Origin: Paramoeba atlantica
Lineage: Eukaryota > Protista > Discosea
NCBI GenBank assembly: GCA_977017575.1
Contig: CDRNVI010000014.1
Location: 248,001-312,000, forward strand
Reading direction: 5' to 3'
Length of the DNA stretch: 64,000 bases
The notes under the pieces are model-generated. The model ran no database searches, was not told where the DNA came from, and was given only the letters and a program-made list of their open reading frames with translations. This document shows, piece after piece, positions 8,073 to 17,397 of the stretch (its first letter is position 1; each line of letters starts with the position of its first letter). Made by a program: the position numbers and the translations under genes.

Positions 8073-9124
8073 CAGTAAACGTCACTATTCTGAGAGTCGC
8101 TAAAAATGAGAATTGGGCTGTCAACGTACAACTGGCTAAAATGAGAATGCACCTTGGAAAATGAGAATGGAGCTTCGGTCATGTGTCAACGTTCAATTCA
8201 ATTTTACACTCAAAAATGAGAATTGAAAAAAAAAACGCTTTCGTTCACTCACTGATTAACTCACTGCTTCATCTTCACTAAATGGAGAGTATGCGAGAGA
8301 TCGGTGGAAATCACTGGGGATACCGTATACTCCCCCAGTAATGGACCCCCCAGTAGCAGAGATTTCGCCATTTTTGGGCCGACACACAGTAACAAGGATT
8401 TGTCTCGGGAGGGTGGTTGGAGGGGGGGTGTCTGGACGGGATGAGGGTGGTTGTGCAGTAGCGAATCGCGTGGTTTCTGGGTTGGCTGTACAGAAAATCA
8501 ACGCACTCATGAACGAAAAAGGCCTTTGCCCACCGAAAAAGCATACCCCACCCAGTAACAAGGATTTGGCCTTTATGGTCCAAAATCGATTCTATTACTG
8601 GGGGGGTAATACTGTAGGTAGGTGGAGATAGATGGGAGTCACAGGGGATCACTGGAGATCATTTTTATCGTTGTCCCTTCTCTTCTTCCATTCATGAAAG
8701 GCACACAAATGTCTTAGTGAGACCAAAAAAAGAAAAAAAACACTGATTTAGGTGACTACGAGTAATGAAACTTTGTTTTTCTGAAAACAAAACGCTAATA
8801 CACAAAAGGAAAACTTGCGCTGTTTGACTGCGCAGTGTTCTTCTGATAGAGCGGCGACTCTGCAAACCAAGGAGATAGTGGGAAATCTCTGGGGGTCATT
8901 TTTGTGCACCCAAAGCGGCCTGCTGCTCCGCTGCTAATATTTTTCTTGCAAAACGTTTTCTTTTTTAAAAATGAGAATAATGATTTGACCTCATAAAAAA
9001 GTGCCTGTCAACGTTCAACAGACCAATTCTGAGAATAGTGACGAAAAACGACAAAAAAGCCATTTTTTCTGTATCAACGTACAACTGAGCATTCTGAGAA
9101 TAGTGAGAATAGTGACGTTTACTG
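8073..9124. mobile_element. Non-autonomous Tc1/mariner/pogo-like DNA transposon (1052 bp, 19-bp perfect TIRs, TA target duplication)
   Basis: TA(8071-72)-CAGTAAACGTCACTATTCT ... AGAATAGTGACGTTTACTG-TA(9125-26). Subterminal repeats AAAATGAGAAT and TCAACGTWCAA occur near both ends. No transposase ORF. Confidence 0.85.
8323..8614. mobile_element. Nested 292-bp MITE-like element with imperfect ~24-bp TIRs and TA flanks
   Basis: Left TA-CCGTATACTCCCCCAGTAATGGA versus reverse complement of the right end CAGTATTACCCCCCCAGTAATAGA (3 mismatches, 1 gap). TA at 8321-22 and 8615-16. Confidence 0.6.
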
Positions 9125-9675
9125 TACCTCCGCGTTTATCAAAGCGGCTAAAAAAGAAAGCTTGTCCAGCAAAACCGAAGAAACCGAAATGATTTGAGCC
9201 TAAAATAGTCGATTTTTGGGTAAAAATGGGGGTATTTTTGCTCTCAGAGCACTAAATCCGACATTTGCATGTGAGGAATTACTCGTAGGTATGAATTATA
9301 GCCTACGGAACGAAATGGGTAGAGCATGCGACTTTAACCACACCATTCTTCCAACATAAAAAGGCCCCTTTGGGTCCCCGGCTACCCCTTCTGTGGTTTT
9401 TCAAAAATAATTTTTGAAAAAAATTGGTTGCCCTTAAGTCCTAATTTACTTCCCTAATTTAAGCCCCAATTTTGCGCATAAGTAGCCGGGTCAAACGGTT
9501 ACGTACACGTGCATGTGGGGCGGACAGTGCACAACAGTCCAAAGCTACGTGCATGTACATTATACAAAGTTACGTGCATGTATGTGGTGGCCATAAAGCA
9601 CAAAAATATTTAGTTTCTGTCTATTAAATACATTCCATTAAATACATGAAGCAGTAGAAAATTGACTATTGAAAC

Positions 9676-10404
9676 TTATTTTGTAATAGCAAGGAGGCTA
9701 AAGCCAGGGAAAGTAGAGTGCATGCGATCTGCTAATCTTTGTATTCGCAGAGACACCACTCGCATGGCCAATTTTAACCAATCCTTGTCTGATGAATGGA
9801 GCTCTCCGCAGTGAATGGGCTGGGGCTCCAGACCGTCAAGTTCCCACAGATGCCCTTCTAATGGGACATAAGCAACGTAATGATAGTCTTCTGGGACATC
9901 TCTCTTTGTAGTGACCCCTCCTGCGTGTCGGTTCAAAGCACCAAGGCTATTATGAACTTCTCGGAGTAATACATTTCTGCCAATGACATTCCCACGTCGA
10001 ATCGGATCACTGGATGTTGTTTCCATATACAATTGAGTCAAGTCGTCACTGAGTGTGCCCTGCGTGTGCTCCTGATTGAACAATACATGAAGTAATGCGT
10101 GCGTAGCGCATGCATTCTTCGTGGTTTGCTGCGCAAAATAAATGTGTCTGCGGGCAGACTGTATTATTTCGCTCTCGACGGAGTCTTCCTTGTTTGTGGA
10201 TTCAGAGGAGCTCTGTTCTTTTGCCCCCATAGTGGCTGGTTGAAAGAGAAAAACAAGCCCCATCACGGAAGAATCACTGAGATAGGTATCCTCCTCCAGA
10301 CTGTAAATTTCCTGCACGTTAACCTTTTCTACGCCCCAACGACGTATCATGTTAACAAAAATTTCTGGATCATTCTCTATCGTATTCCATGGTGCAGAAC
10401 ACAT
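9676..10404 (-). CDS. Ubiquitin C-terminal hydrolase (peptidase C12, UCH37/UCHL5-like catalytic domain)
   Basis: WNTIENDP, GLVFLF, QQTTKNACATHALL (catalytic Q and C), YHYVAYVP (H) and WELDGL (D). Confidence 0.93.
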   Translation of the reverse strand: MCSAPWNTIENDPEIFVNMIRRWGVEKVNVQEIYSLEEDTYLSDSSVMGLVFLFQPATMGAKEQSSSESTNKEDSVESEIIQSARRHIYFAQQTTKNACATHALLHVLFNQEHTQGTLSDDLTQLYMETTSSDPIRRGNVIGRNVLLREVHNSLGALNRHAGGVTTKRDVPEDYHYVAYVPLEGHLWELDGLEPQPIHCGELHSSDKDWLKLAMRVVSLRIQRLADRMHSTFPGFSLLAITK

Positions 10405-10816
10405 ATCAGACTGTTTCGATTTGAATCAGTAAAGTAAAATTTGCTACAGGCTAAGGTTTCCAAACTCCAACTTATGTTCCATACTAAAAATGCAATGGTG
10501 TCTTCTTCATTAGGATCTTATTGTCAGTGTTCTACTGCACAAAAAAATCAACACTGTATACTGGACTAGTGGCAAAAGGCTTTACTTAGTAAAGCCTATA
10601 AATATAGTAAAGTTTACTATATTTATTTGAGGAATGCCATTCAATGTCATTCCGTAATGTCAATACGGAAGAGTGAGATCAAAATTGAATGTCGTGGCTT
10701 TTGCAACCTTCCTATGTGCAGCACTGTTTGGATATTCACAGGAGGAAGTCTACAGTTTTAAACTTCATACTGTGATTTGAAACACTCTACAAGCTTTATA
10801 CAACTCATACGTGCAG

Positions 10817-12103
10817 TTACGAAAAGTTGAGCCATTTACGAGGGCGAGTTGCTACAGAAGGTGGTAGGTTTCTTTTTTTCGGTTTTTCTATTTTCTGATT
10901 CCCTTTAATCAATTTTCCCCATTTTTTAAATGTCTTCAAAGTGTCCTTAGGTATTTGCGACTCGATCGCTCGTCGAACATCACGAGCCGGTGGCTTCAAA
11001 TTGGATAGCATTGTGATTTTTCCTGTGTTGGTGTCAGGAGGCGTGAAGTTACTCTCCAATGCTTGACCTCGGCGTTGGCGATAAAAGTCCTGCAAAATTT
11101 CAACTGCTGCTTTTATTTCCAAACCGCTATGCGCATAGGCACATTCCTGTTCCTTAAAGCATTTCCCTTCGTTCAGCAGATTCCGACAGATTTCTACTCG
11201 TCGAGATATTTTATTCACCGCCTGTTCGTCGTGAAATCCTACTGGAAGAGCAGGAGGGTTCCGGGGAGGTTGTATCAGCTGAGAGAGAGCCCTGGCTGAC
11301 GAGGACTCACGTTTCGGGAGCTTGCACATCTTTTCGAGGGCATCTATAATTTCTGCGTAGCTGTGACCAAAGTGACATCTGTTCCCGAAATGGCAGAAGT
11401 CGCTAGATAAAATATTACGACAGAGAGTGGTCCGATCGAGAACTCTTTTTTCATAGCTAAATTTCTGTGACGTATCGGGATGCAGTTCGCGGGGACAAAT
11501 GCTACTAGGTACGTTCGCTACCTTAATGTCTTCATGGACTTCTCGAACAGAAGGATCCTCTCCTTTGTTTTCGGAGCTATTCTCGCGAGAACGCGTGCTG
11601 ATATTTATTTCGTCAGGGCTGCGTCGTCGTTTGGTTTCTCCATGGAAATTTGCATTGCTTACTGCATGTTCAGTGTGATCTACCTCTCGATCACGAGAAT
11701 TCTGTTCCAATATATGGCTCAAATGTGAAATTACTGGAGAAGAAAGATAATGAGACTCGGAAAAATGTGGTAATCCTAGCGGCTGGGGAAGTGGAGAGTC
11801 TGCGGTGAGGGGCGTGTTTTCCGTATTTGTACTTTTCGGTTGCACTTGTTGTAATGGGAAAGAATTTTCTCCGAAATGCTCTTTAACATAATTTAGTCGT
11901 TTGCCTAACAGTTCAGTACTCTGGCATAACGTCTCGGCTAGCATCAAAGAGTCAGCGGAGGCGAAGTAAAGCTCTGCTGAACAGTTCGAAATAAATCGGT
12001 GTTGAGTAATTTCTCCACAGCTCTCAAAATATTCGATGAAAGCATCAGATGTCACCTCCTCCGGGACATTGGTAATTATGCAGAATGCCTCGGAGGCTTC
12101 CAT
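10817..12103 (-). CDS. RNA-binding protein with N-terminal RRM-like domain and two CCCH zinc fingers
   Basis: Two C-x8-C-x5-C-x3-H motifs (CRNILSSDFCHFGNRCHFGH and CRNLLNEGKCFKEQECAYAH). The N-terminus IITNVPEEVTSDAFIEYFESCGEI is RNP2-like. Confidence 0.85.
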   Translation of the reverse strand: MEASEAFCIITNVPEEVTSDAFIEYFESCGEITQHRFISNCSAELYFASADSLMLAETLCQSTELLGKRLNYVKEHFGENSFPLQQVQPKSTNTENTPLTADSPLPQPLGLPHFSESHYLSSPVISHLSHILEQNSRDREVDHTEHAVSNANFHGETKRRRSPDEINISTRSRENSSENKGEDPSVREVHEDIKVANVPSSICPRELHPDTSQKFSYEKRVLDRTTLCRNILSSDFCHFGNRCHFGHSYAEIIDALEKMCKLPKRESSSARALSQLIQPPRNPPALPVGFHDEQAVNKISRRVEICRNLLNEGKCFKEQECAYAHSGLEIKAAVEILQDFYRQRRGQALESNFTPPDTNTGKITMLSNLKPPARDVRRAIESQIPKDTLKTFKKWGKLIKGNQKIEKPKKRNLPPSVATRPRKWLNFS

Positions 12104-12446
12104 TAAGTTTATCGCGAACTAAATCAATAATTCTAGTAGTGTTAGTCTCACTGATGAGTCCGTCTTGTTCAAAAACTAAGTGGAAACAAACAGGATAAAG
12201 TACAAATCGCCCTAAAAATACTGTGAGAGCTGCAATCTTCTTTACAGTAAATTGCCAGTCCGTGACATCTTTACTTTTTGCAAAGATAATTGAGGCAATC
12301 GGATACGTCTAGGAAGGGGAGCTTGTATTTTATTCTTACAAGAATTATGCTTTTCGAAAGTTTCGAAACATATTTTCAATGTGTTTGTTTATGTAAACTT
12401 TTATTTTTCGGGCAACAGCCCGAGATTGTCAGTTATACACCCCCGC

Positions 12447-12931
12447 CAAAAAGTATTGTAATTTATTAGTATCGACCACGAATTTTTGGTCGATACTAAT
12501 AAATACAATACTTTTTGTCGATTTCCACGAGTTGCCACTTGCCTCCAAAAAGTTGCACTTTATCATATCGGATCTGTGTAAAGTATACCGAGGCACAAAA
12601 ACAGATCGAACCATAAGAACTCAAGTAACTATAACAAGAACTAAATAACTGGTGGTGCGAGGGAAAAGTGTAGCACTGACAGTTCTTGGAAACATCAAAT
12701 AAACTATGTAATTAGCAATTTAATAGTTTTGATTACTCAACGCTAAAATAGTGCGAGAGAGGAACCATTCCGAGCCTGCTCAAATCTTGCCTTAGCTTTC
12801 CGCGACATTCCAAGTGGTTCTTTACGACGAGTTTCTGATCTTTCAATGGTTTCCCTGCGTGCACCAATTTCCTGCGTTTCTGTTCAAAACTCAAAAAAAA
12901 TGGTCGATACTAATAAATACAATACTTTTTG
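12447..12931. repeat. 31-bp motif in three copies: a near-perfect hairpin (12447-12517) plus an exact direct copy (12901-12931)
   Basis: TGGTCGATACTAATAAATACAATACTTTTTG at 12487-12517 and 12901-12931. Its reverse complement, with one extra A, is at 12447-12478, leaving an 8-nt loop. Confidence 0.92.
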
Positions 12932-13099
12932 TGTCGGCCATTTTTGTGAAGAATACTTTCAATTTCTTGTTGTTCCTTTGCGACTCAAAAAGAAAAATAC
13001 TTTCCACTTTCTCCTTTCCCCCCTTTCCGCTTACTCGTTTTCCACTTCCCTATTTTTCTTTATAACCTCGCAAAAAACAAACCATTCTTTTCAATCAAT

Positions 13100-13831
13100 T
13101 CAATCATCTAAAAGCTGATCCAGTGGAGCAATCTCGTATTCAATATTTGTATCAGTCATTGTAATGCCCCACGCCGACTGCAATGCAGGGGGAAGGAGAT
13201 TTCTATGGATAACTCCGTAAAGTTTCTTATTTCCATCGAGACGCACGGTTCGTAAACTCTGAGGCAGATCGTGGAACTCGACAAGACCTTCAAATTCATT
13301 AAACGCCAAATACAGCTCTTCTAGTTGTGGCGGAAGATGCGGTAAATCAACTTCCCCAGAAAATAAATTACGAGTGAGTCGCAAAGTTTGTAAGGTGTTC
13401 GGAAGACGGTACAGAGGCAAATTTCCCTGCAGCAAATTTTCATTATAGTTCACCGCTTGCATTCTATACATGTAGACGTGCCCATCCTCGTCACTAAGAT
13501 CAATACGTTTTACAGAGGTCGGCAACTCTTCAAACTGGACTGTACCTTTTAGGGCTCTGGCACACCAGTCTATACTTACGATCTTGTATTCTGCATCGCA
13601 TGTTATTCCAGACCATCTACATACCGGGACAGCCGCATTCCACGTACGATGTAGTACTTCCATTCCCTGCACAAAGTGTATCATGTCGACAATTTGTGGA
13701 GCGGCTTGGGGTAAGTTCCGCACTTTCGCAGCCCGAAGGGGACGCAAATTCTGGTCTGCGGCCAACGTTGCCTGTAACATATCAACAAATAGTATTGGAA
13801 ATAAGAAGAGTTTCACTTGTTTCTGAGGCAT
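13100..13831 (-). CDS. Leucine-rich repeat protein with possible signal peptide
   Basis: Hydrophobic N-terminus LFLFPILFVDMLQATLAA, cap TWNAAVPVCRWSGITC, and repeats LPPQLEELYLAFNEFEGLVEFHD. Confidence 0.9.
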   Translation of the reverse strand: MPQKQVKLFLFPILFVDMLQATLAADQNLRPLRAAKVRNLPQAAPQIVDMIHFVQGMEVLHRTWNAAVPVCRWSGITCDAEYKIVSIDWCARALKGTVQFEELPTSVKRIDLSDEDGHVYMYRMQAVNYNENLLQGNLPLYRLPNTLQTLRLTRNLFSGEVDLPHLPPQLEELYLAFNEFEGLVEFHDLPQSLRTVRLDGNKKLYGVIHRNLLPPALQSAWGITMTDTNIEYEIAPLDQLLDD

Positions 13832-14177
13832 TGTTGAATAGATGGTCTATGATAACGACTTTCTGTATTTGGGTATATCGTAACATTCTTTAATCGTCTT
13901 GTACCAGGAGAACACTTTTCATTCTGTTCATTCGTGAAAACATCACCCATAGTAGGTTACATACTCACCTTGGCCAAGAAACTGAATCATAAAAAAGTTT
14001 CTACTCACACGCATCTCGACTCGACACCGAAATAAACCTTCCATCGCATCCTACTTCTTTCCCCGCTCCGTTCCTCATCGCCTCCGTAACCTCTTCTTCC
14101 TGCCCACCCCATTTTCTGCCTCGCTCCCCCCTTTCCCCCTTTAAAACAGAGACAGATTTTCCCTTCCACCCACGGCC

Positions 14178-15464
14178 TCATGGCAGCGGAGGGGGAGATC
14201 TTGGCCTACGTACCGCACTCTCCATTGCACCCCCATGATTACCCAGAGGTAACGGCGGAGGTGATTTCGGATATTGCCCTTTCCGCCTCTCCTCTAAGTT
14301 TGGAGACTTTTCCAAGGGAGGGGGAGAGCGAGGACAACGAACGACTCTGTCGTTTCTTTCCATCGACCCCTCTATGGGGCATCCCGACAAATGAGCCCCC
14401 TCTCTTTGTCGTTGTATCGACTCCTCTCCCCTTCTTGTACCCCTTGGTCGCTCTCCGTGATGAGAGCGAGACCCGTTGGAGTGACTACAGGAGCGTTGTG
14501 GACTCATTCGTGAAAATGAATCCTCACGTCGGCGCACACGTGAACGATCCCTTCGATCGTTATCCGCATAATCACGATCATGATGATAGCGATAAGGATG
14601 AGGGGGAGAGTCCGGTGAGTACCGGCGAGTCGGACTTCTTCTTCTACGGTCATACGGGGAACGAGAGGAACGTAGGCCTCTCGGACTGTACGAGCGTCGT
14701 GAGGGAGAATATCGAGTTCGTTGCGTATTATGATAACGTGAGATGCGTTGAGGTTGAGGATTGTGTCGGTCGGGGGAGAGACTACGGCGTCGATCGTAGC
14801 GACCCCTTTTGTTTTCGGAGTGTTCAACAGACCGATGGGTTCGGGTATCGACATGGGGCGGTTTGGGCGCCTTTGTGGGGTCAAATTCATGGATTCCTGT
14901 GAGGGGGAGGGGGTGCAGTCGTAGCGGTTGGCGCAGCAGGACGCGCTCCGCGCTGGCAATATCGGAATTTGAGTTGAATCGGTAGTCCCCGAGCGGGAGA
15001 AGATCTTTGTGAGGCTCAATGTGTGCGACGTTCAATGTAACATGTAGAGGTCGACCCTCCAGTAGGGATCCGCCTAGAATGGCCCACAGACGAACCGCAT
15101 CGCGACGTTTGGAAGTGTGGAGTTCGAATTGCGGCCTCATATCCAACGAAGGGACCGACGTCTCTTCTTTTCCCTCCGGATTGTCACCTGTTGTGTTGTT
15201 TGAAGTATTCAAAGCGGATTGAAATCCAGGATCTGGAACACGAAGATTACCAGCAAACTCTTTGGTAAAAGGTCGAGCTGCGATGACAAGCAGTGGCTCG
15301 TGAAGAGAAGGGGTTCCGGCGTGAGAGGAAAAAGCGGCTTTCGAAATTTCAACCAGATGTTCGGAGGTGATGTTTGGGGAGAGATTGGATAGCAAAAGAA
15401 GGAATCTCCAGCCGCGTGTTGGGACTTGTATGCCCCCGAACGACGTACTGACAGTGGGTGGCAT
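14178..15464 (-). CDS. Arg/Ser-rich protein with split RRM-like N-terminus (RNPS1/SR-like)
   Basis: LLSNLSPNITSEHLVEI and AILGGSLLEGRPLHVTL resemble RRM ends. These are followed by RRRSLSP/RYSPSRRSYSP tracts and three (R/K)SPPPL motifs. Confidence 0.6.
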   Translation of the reverse strand: MPPTVSTSFGGIQVPTRGWRFLLLLSNLSPNITSEHLVEISKAAFSSHAGTPSLHEPLLVIAARPFTKEFAGNLRVPDPGFQSALNTSNNTTGDNPEGKEETSVPSLDMRPQFELHTSKRRDAVRLWAILGGSLLEGRPLHVTLNVAHIEPHKDLLPLGDYRFNSNSDIASAERVLLRQPLRLHPLPLTGIHEFDPTKAPKPPHVDTRTHRSVEHSENKRGRYDRRRSLSPDRHNPQPQRISRYHNTQRTRYSPSRRSYSPRGLRSSRSPYDRRRRSPTRRYSPDSPPHPYRYHHDRDYADNDRRDRSRVRRREDSFSRMSPQRSCSHSNGSRSHHGERPRGTRRGEESIQRQREGAHLSGCPIEGSMERNDRVVRCPRSPPPLEKSPNLEERRKGQYPKSPPPLPLGNHGGAMESAVRRPRSPPPLP

Positions 15465-15631
15465 TCGAGAAAATTGTATGTTAGTTGCGCATGACTAATA
15501 ATATCACACCCCGAACTTAGTACCAAGTAAATCAAGCATCATTAAGCACAACTAAATATTTTTATATTCCATGTGTAAGTACAATTATGTTTTTCTTTTG
15601 TAGTCTCTTTGTTAACCCATAGAAAATCAGA

Positions 15632-16381
15632 CTACGAAATCGCAGCATTAGCAAGGGATGCGGCTAGAATCGGCTTTCCTTCGAACTCAAAACGAACGCT
15701 CTGATACGCCGCTTCACACTTTTCGTTCGTCTTCAAATCCTGAGCCACTTCGTCCCAATATTTCGCCAACTTCTTCTTTAGCACCGGTAGGGGATCCGCA
15801 TCATGATTCGGAAGGGTCACACGTGTTCCCGGGGCTACCTCAGTTGGACACTCCAGTATCTCTACTTGAGACTTATCCTCGCTGCACGCACACAACACCA
15901 TTCCGTGAGACATTATCCCTCGAAACCGTCGAGGCTCCAGGTTAGCAACCACGACGACGTTCTTTCCCACGAGAGTTTCCGGCGTGTAGAATTCAGCCAG
16001 TCCGCTGCAGATCGTACGAGGGGTCTCACCGTTGCCGCAGTCAATCTCCTCGACAAGCAGACGCTCACTCTCTGGGTGTCGCTTGCAGCTCACAATGTGA
16101 CCCGCCAAAAGCTGTACACGAGATAGCGCAGAAATCGCGTTCGTTCCTTCTGTATCCTTTCGCAACGTTGTTGAATTCGTGCCAATCGTATAATCTTGAT
16201 GCAACGAATTTGTTTTCGTTGTCTTAGAATCACTGGCGTGCTCGTGTGCGGACAAGGCTTCAGTTTTTGAAGGTTCGGAGGAGGTAACGTCGCAATGCTC
16301 TATTTGATGAGTTAATCTTTCAATTTCCTTATCCAACAGCTCCAGAGATTTGCTAAAGAGGGGGGCTGGCTCAGATGACAT
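15632..16381 (-). CDS. tRNA-binding OB-fold protein (EMAP-II/Arc1p/AIMP1-like)
   Basis: HPESERLLVEEIDCG, RTICSGLAEFY, VVVVANLEPRRFRGIMSHGMVLCA and PGTRV. Confidence 0.92.
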   Translation of the reverse strand: MSSEPAPLFSKSLELLDKEIERLTHQIEHCDVTSSEPSKTEALSAHEHASDSKTTKTNSLHQDYTIGTNSTTLRKDTEGTNAISALSRVQLLAGHIVSCKRHPESERLLVEEIDCGNGETPRTICSGLAEFYTPETLVGKNVVVVANLEPRRFRGIMSHGMVLCACSEDKSQVEILECPTEVAPGTRVTLPNHDADPLPVLKKKLAKYWDEVAQDLKTNEKCEAAYQSVRFEFEGKPILAASLANAAIS

Positions 16382-16659
16382 GATAAAAATGGTGAAAGGA
16401 AATAGTGGAGAGCTTAAAGGATAAACTAAACTGAAGCTACTAAGCTCCCTTAAAATAAATGCTCGTTGACCAGTGCATTTTTTTTCCGTCTTTTTCAGTA
16501 TGATAGGAGTAATATGCTTGAATCAACCTACAAAATAACGAGAACCTACAATTGTACCACTGTAAAATACAGGTCCCACTGTAAAATTCGACTGCTGCCT
16601 AACGTAGACGCATAGCGCAGTCCCTTGTTCCCTTCGATGTAAACGAAACGTGTATCACT

Positions 16660-17217
16660 TCAATACGGCGTTACGTCAAAATTATATTCCGACGGGAACT
16701 TCACCGTGCAGATCTCATGAGGGGCGGTGGCCTCCCCGAACGGGTGACTACCAACGCGCGGCATCACACGCCAGCGTAGGTTAAACGTGACATTGGTCCC
16801 CAGCAGGGTATGGTTGCCGTTGTCCTCGAGACAGTACTTTGCTCGTGTGTGAACCGACAAGAATGTCTGCTCGCGGTTGTTTACTATACGATCCCACACC
16901 ATGACCTCATTGTCCGGAAAGGCTGTGGTGGAGTAGCGCGCCACAAGGTAGATAAAAATATGCTTGACGTTCCAGTTCCACAAGGGGGAGAGATCGGCAT
17001 CCATATCAATGCGTAGTGCCGCAGCATCATGTTTGATTGTCTCGTTAAACGTGCGCTGATGAAGTCGTAATACTCCGACGTCCAGAGAGACGGTGGGGTG
17101 AGGCGGATTGCGGTAGTTAATGAGGTGAGAGGACAGCGCAAGAGCGGTGGCCATTAGCGCAAGTGTCCATGCAGCGGTTCCGAGAACTGCGTTGGCTCGA
17201 GAGACGCAGCTGTACAT
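16660..17217 (-). CDS. SPC3: Signal peptidase complex subunit SPC22/23
   Basis: MYSCVSRANAV, a TM segment, DLSPLWNWNVKHIFIYLVARY and EVMVWDRIV. The ORF track starts at GTG 17247; the ATG is at 17217. Confidence 0.92.
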   Translation of the reverse strand: MYSCVSRANAVLGTAAWTLALMATALALSSHLINYRNPPHPTVSLDVGVLRLHQRTFNETIKHDAAALRIDMDADLSPLWNWNVKHIFIYLVARYSTTAFPDNEVMVWDRIVNNREQTFLSVHTRAKYCLEDNGNHTLLGTNVTFNLRWRVMPRVGSHPFGEATAPHEICTVKFPSEYNFDVTPY

Positions 17218-17397
17218 GTATTTGGGAACGGAAAGGACGTGGGACACGTAAAAAGACTAGTTGGAAGATGTGTATCAATACAATTCACAAATGTGTAGGA
17301 ATACAAGAATCCCCATAAAAAATTGCAGTCTTATTCAACGAACCTCATTTTTTTCAAACTCAAGATGACATTTTGATAAAAAAAGCACGTTCTACTG

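Noticed and set aside
8256-8652. Transposase ORF within the 8073-9124 element
   Set aside because: The ORFs are about 100 aa with no HTH or DD[E/D] motifs and coincide with the nested MITE.
14180-14902. 240-aa plus-strand ORF
   Set aside because: It is the antisense shadow of the Arg/Ser-rich CDS, has no family motifs and runs opposite to the whole cluster.
16555-16590. Transposon excision footprint (CCACTGTAAAAT twice around TACAG)
   Set aside because: Too short to distinguish from a chance 12-bp duplication.
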